A DNA stretch of 62,384 bases, counting the filler, from Sphacelaria rigidula (lineage: Eukaryota): the NCBI GenBank assembly GCA_964200075.2. It is 8 parts of 8 records of this genome, joined end to end, with 100 filler letters (N's around TTAATTAATTAA, not from the genome) between each part and the next. Parts side by side here need not be neighbours in the genome. Positions count along the whole stretch, not along the records: positions 54,675 to 62,384 come from CAXNAA020013718.1; 7 more parts are not named here. One strand, given 5' to 3'. Below the pieces are notes generated by a model. That model worked only from the letters and a program-made list of their open reading frames with translations. It searched no databases and was not told where the DNA came from. Numbering within the stretch: position 1 is the first letter of the stretch; each line of letters opens with the position of its first letter. This document shows, piece by piece, positions 61,397 through 62,384 of the stretch. Position numbers and translations under genes: made by a program.

Positions 61397-62384
61397 CTGT
61401 CATTAGCATCACCGCAATAAAACAAAAACCAGGTACGAGCGCAGTTAGCGTCTACATGATGGCATTCATCTTCATCCGCTTGGTTCCGATAAGTAACGCT
61501 CATCTATTCTGCTTGACACCTCTTTTTCTCAAATACAAGCGCACCGCGAGTGTGTCGAGTAGTCTGACGCATTCATGAGCCCATTTTTTCGCGGAATTGA
61601 CCCCCCTACCCTCCCCTCCCTTTTGCTCTGTCTCGAAAGGGATGCGTGGTCAGGGGTCAAACGACGAAGGTGAGCAACAAATGAGTACGCCCCCCCCCAT
61701 CACTATCGGAGCATGACTCCCGACAAGTGGATCAGTTCATAACTTGGTCAAAAGCGTGTTTTCCGCAAGCTAGCAGCCCTTGGAGCTGTCAGCCCCGCCA
61801 ACGACACAAATATTGCCGTCCACACTCGGAATCGAGTATTCGGACTCCGGAAATTACTAATCCATCAAGTGGTGAGCTATGATGAAAATAATATGAGGGC
61901 ATGTCTTACTAAAGCAGACCCTCGTGTTCCAACTGCGGAGGTGCACTGAGAAATGAAAAATGTCCGAAGGGTCGCCGCTAATGGCCACGTCACTTTTGTT
62001 GACATGACGACTCATCATATCGAAATTTCTCTAAAGCTCAAAAATGGTACCAGTTGTCGATGGCCGTCATCCTTCTAGTGTTGATAGTTGAATAAAAAAC
62101 TGTATGATGGCTTCAACCATTATTTACCACCATCTGCTCGATGACCCGTTACGGACTACGCATGCTACTTACAGCCCTTGAAAACTGACCCAAATTTAGG
62201 GCGTGTCTCAGCACTTTTTTGTCCAATCGAAAAAACGAGCATTGAGCCAAGTGAAAATTTCTCGTCTTCATGCATTAGGGTACGGATGGATTTTCAAGCT
62301 TTTCATCCAAAAAAGACAGGGAAATTCGTGAAACGGTACATGATCTGTACCGTTTAGACTGCTTGCAAGTAGGGTATCTTGAGT

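Noticed and set aside
1-62384. Functional cluster of protease, kinase, thioredoxin and TPR genes
   Set aside because: The genes lie on different, artificially joined contigs.

Overview
This is eukaryotic, intron-rich DNA of about 50% GC, most likely from a brown alga (Phaeophyceae). That taxon is inferred from gene and intron style and from (CCCTAA)n tracts; it is not proven. The window is not one locus. It is eight contigs of 7711 or 7710 bp, apparently sorted by size and joined by seven identical 100-nt linkers (N44-TTAATTAATTAA-N44), so linkage across the linkers is meaningless. Contig 1 holds a decayed Academ(X)-like DNA transposon (DDE transposase plus XPG/PIN-H3TH nuclease), the most notable item. 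Contig 2 holds a LINE RT pseudogene and six exons of a Kp43/TagC-like S8 subtilase. Contig 3 holds an atypical kinase exon and low-complexity exons. Contig 4 holds two ~444-bp foldback elements around a possible MULE remnant. Contig 5 holds six exons of a CxxC-less thioredoxin-fold (TXNDC15/APRL-like) protein. Contig 6 holds TPR exons and a 42-bp minisatellite. Contig 7 is mostly repeats. Contig 8 holds three exons of a protein with a VHL-beta-like segment and a probable GC-AG intron, plus a possible hAT remnant. Several small mobile families recur across contigs: two tRNA-derived SINEs, a TTAA piggyBac-like MITE, a TA Tc1/mariner-like MITE and others. No CRISPR array, rRNA or true tRNA gene was found. 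All family calls come from reading motifs by eye, with no database search.
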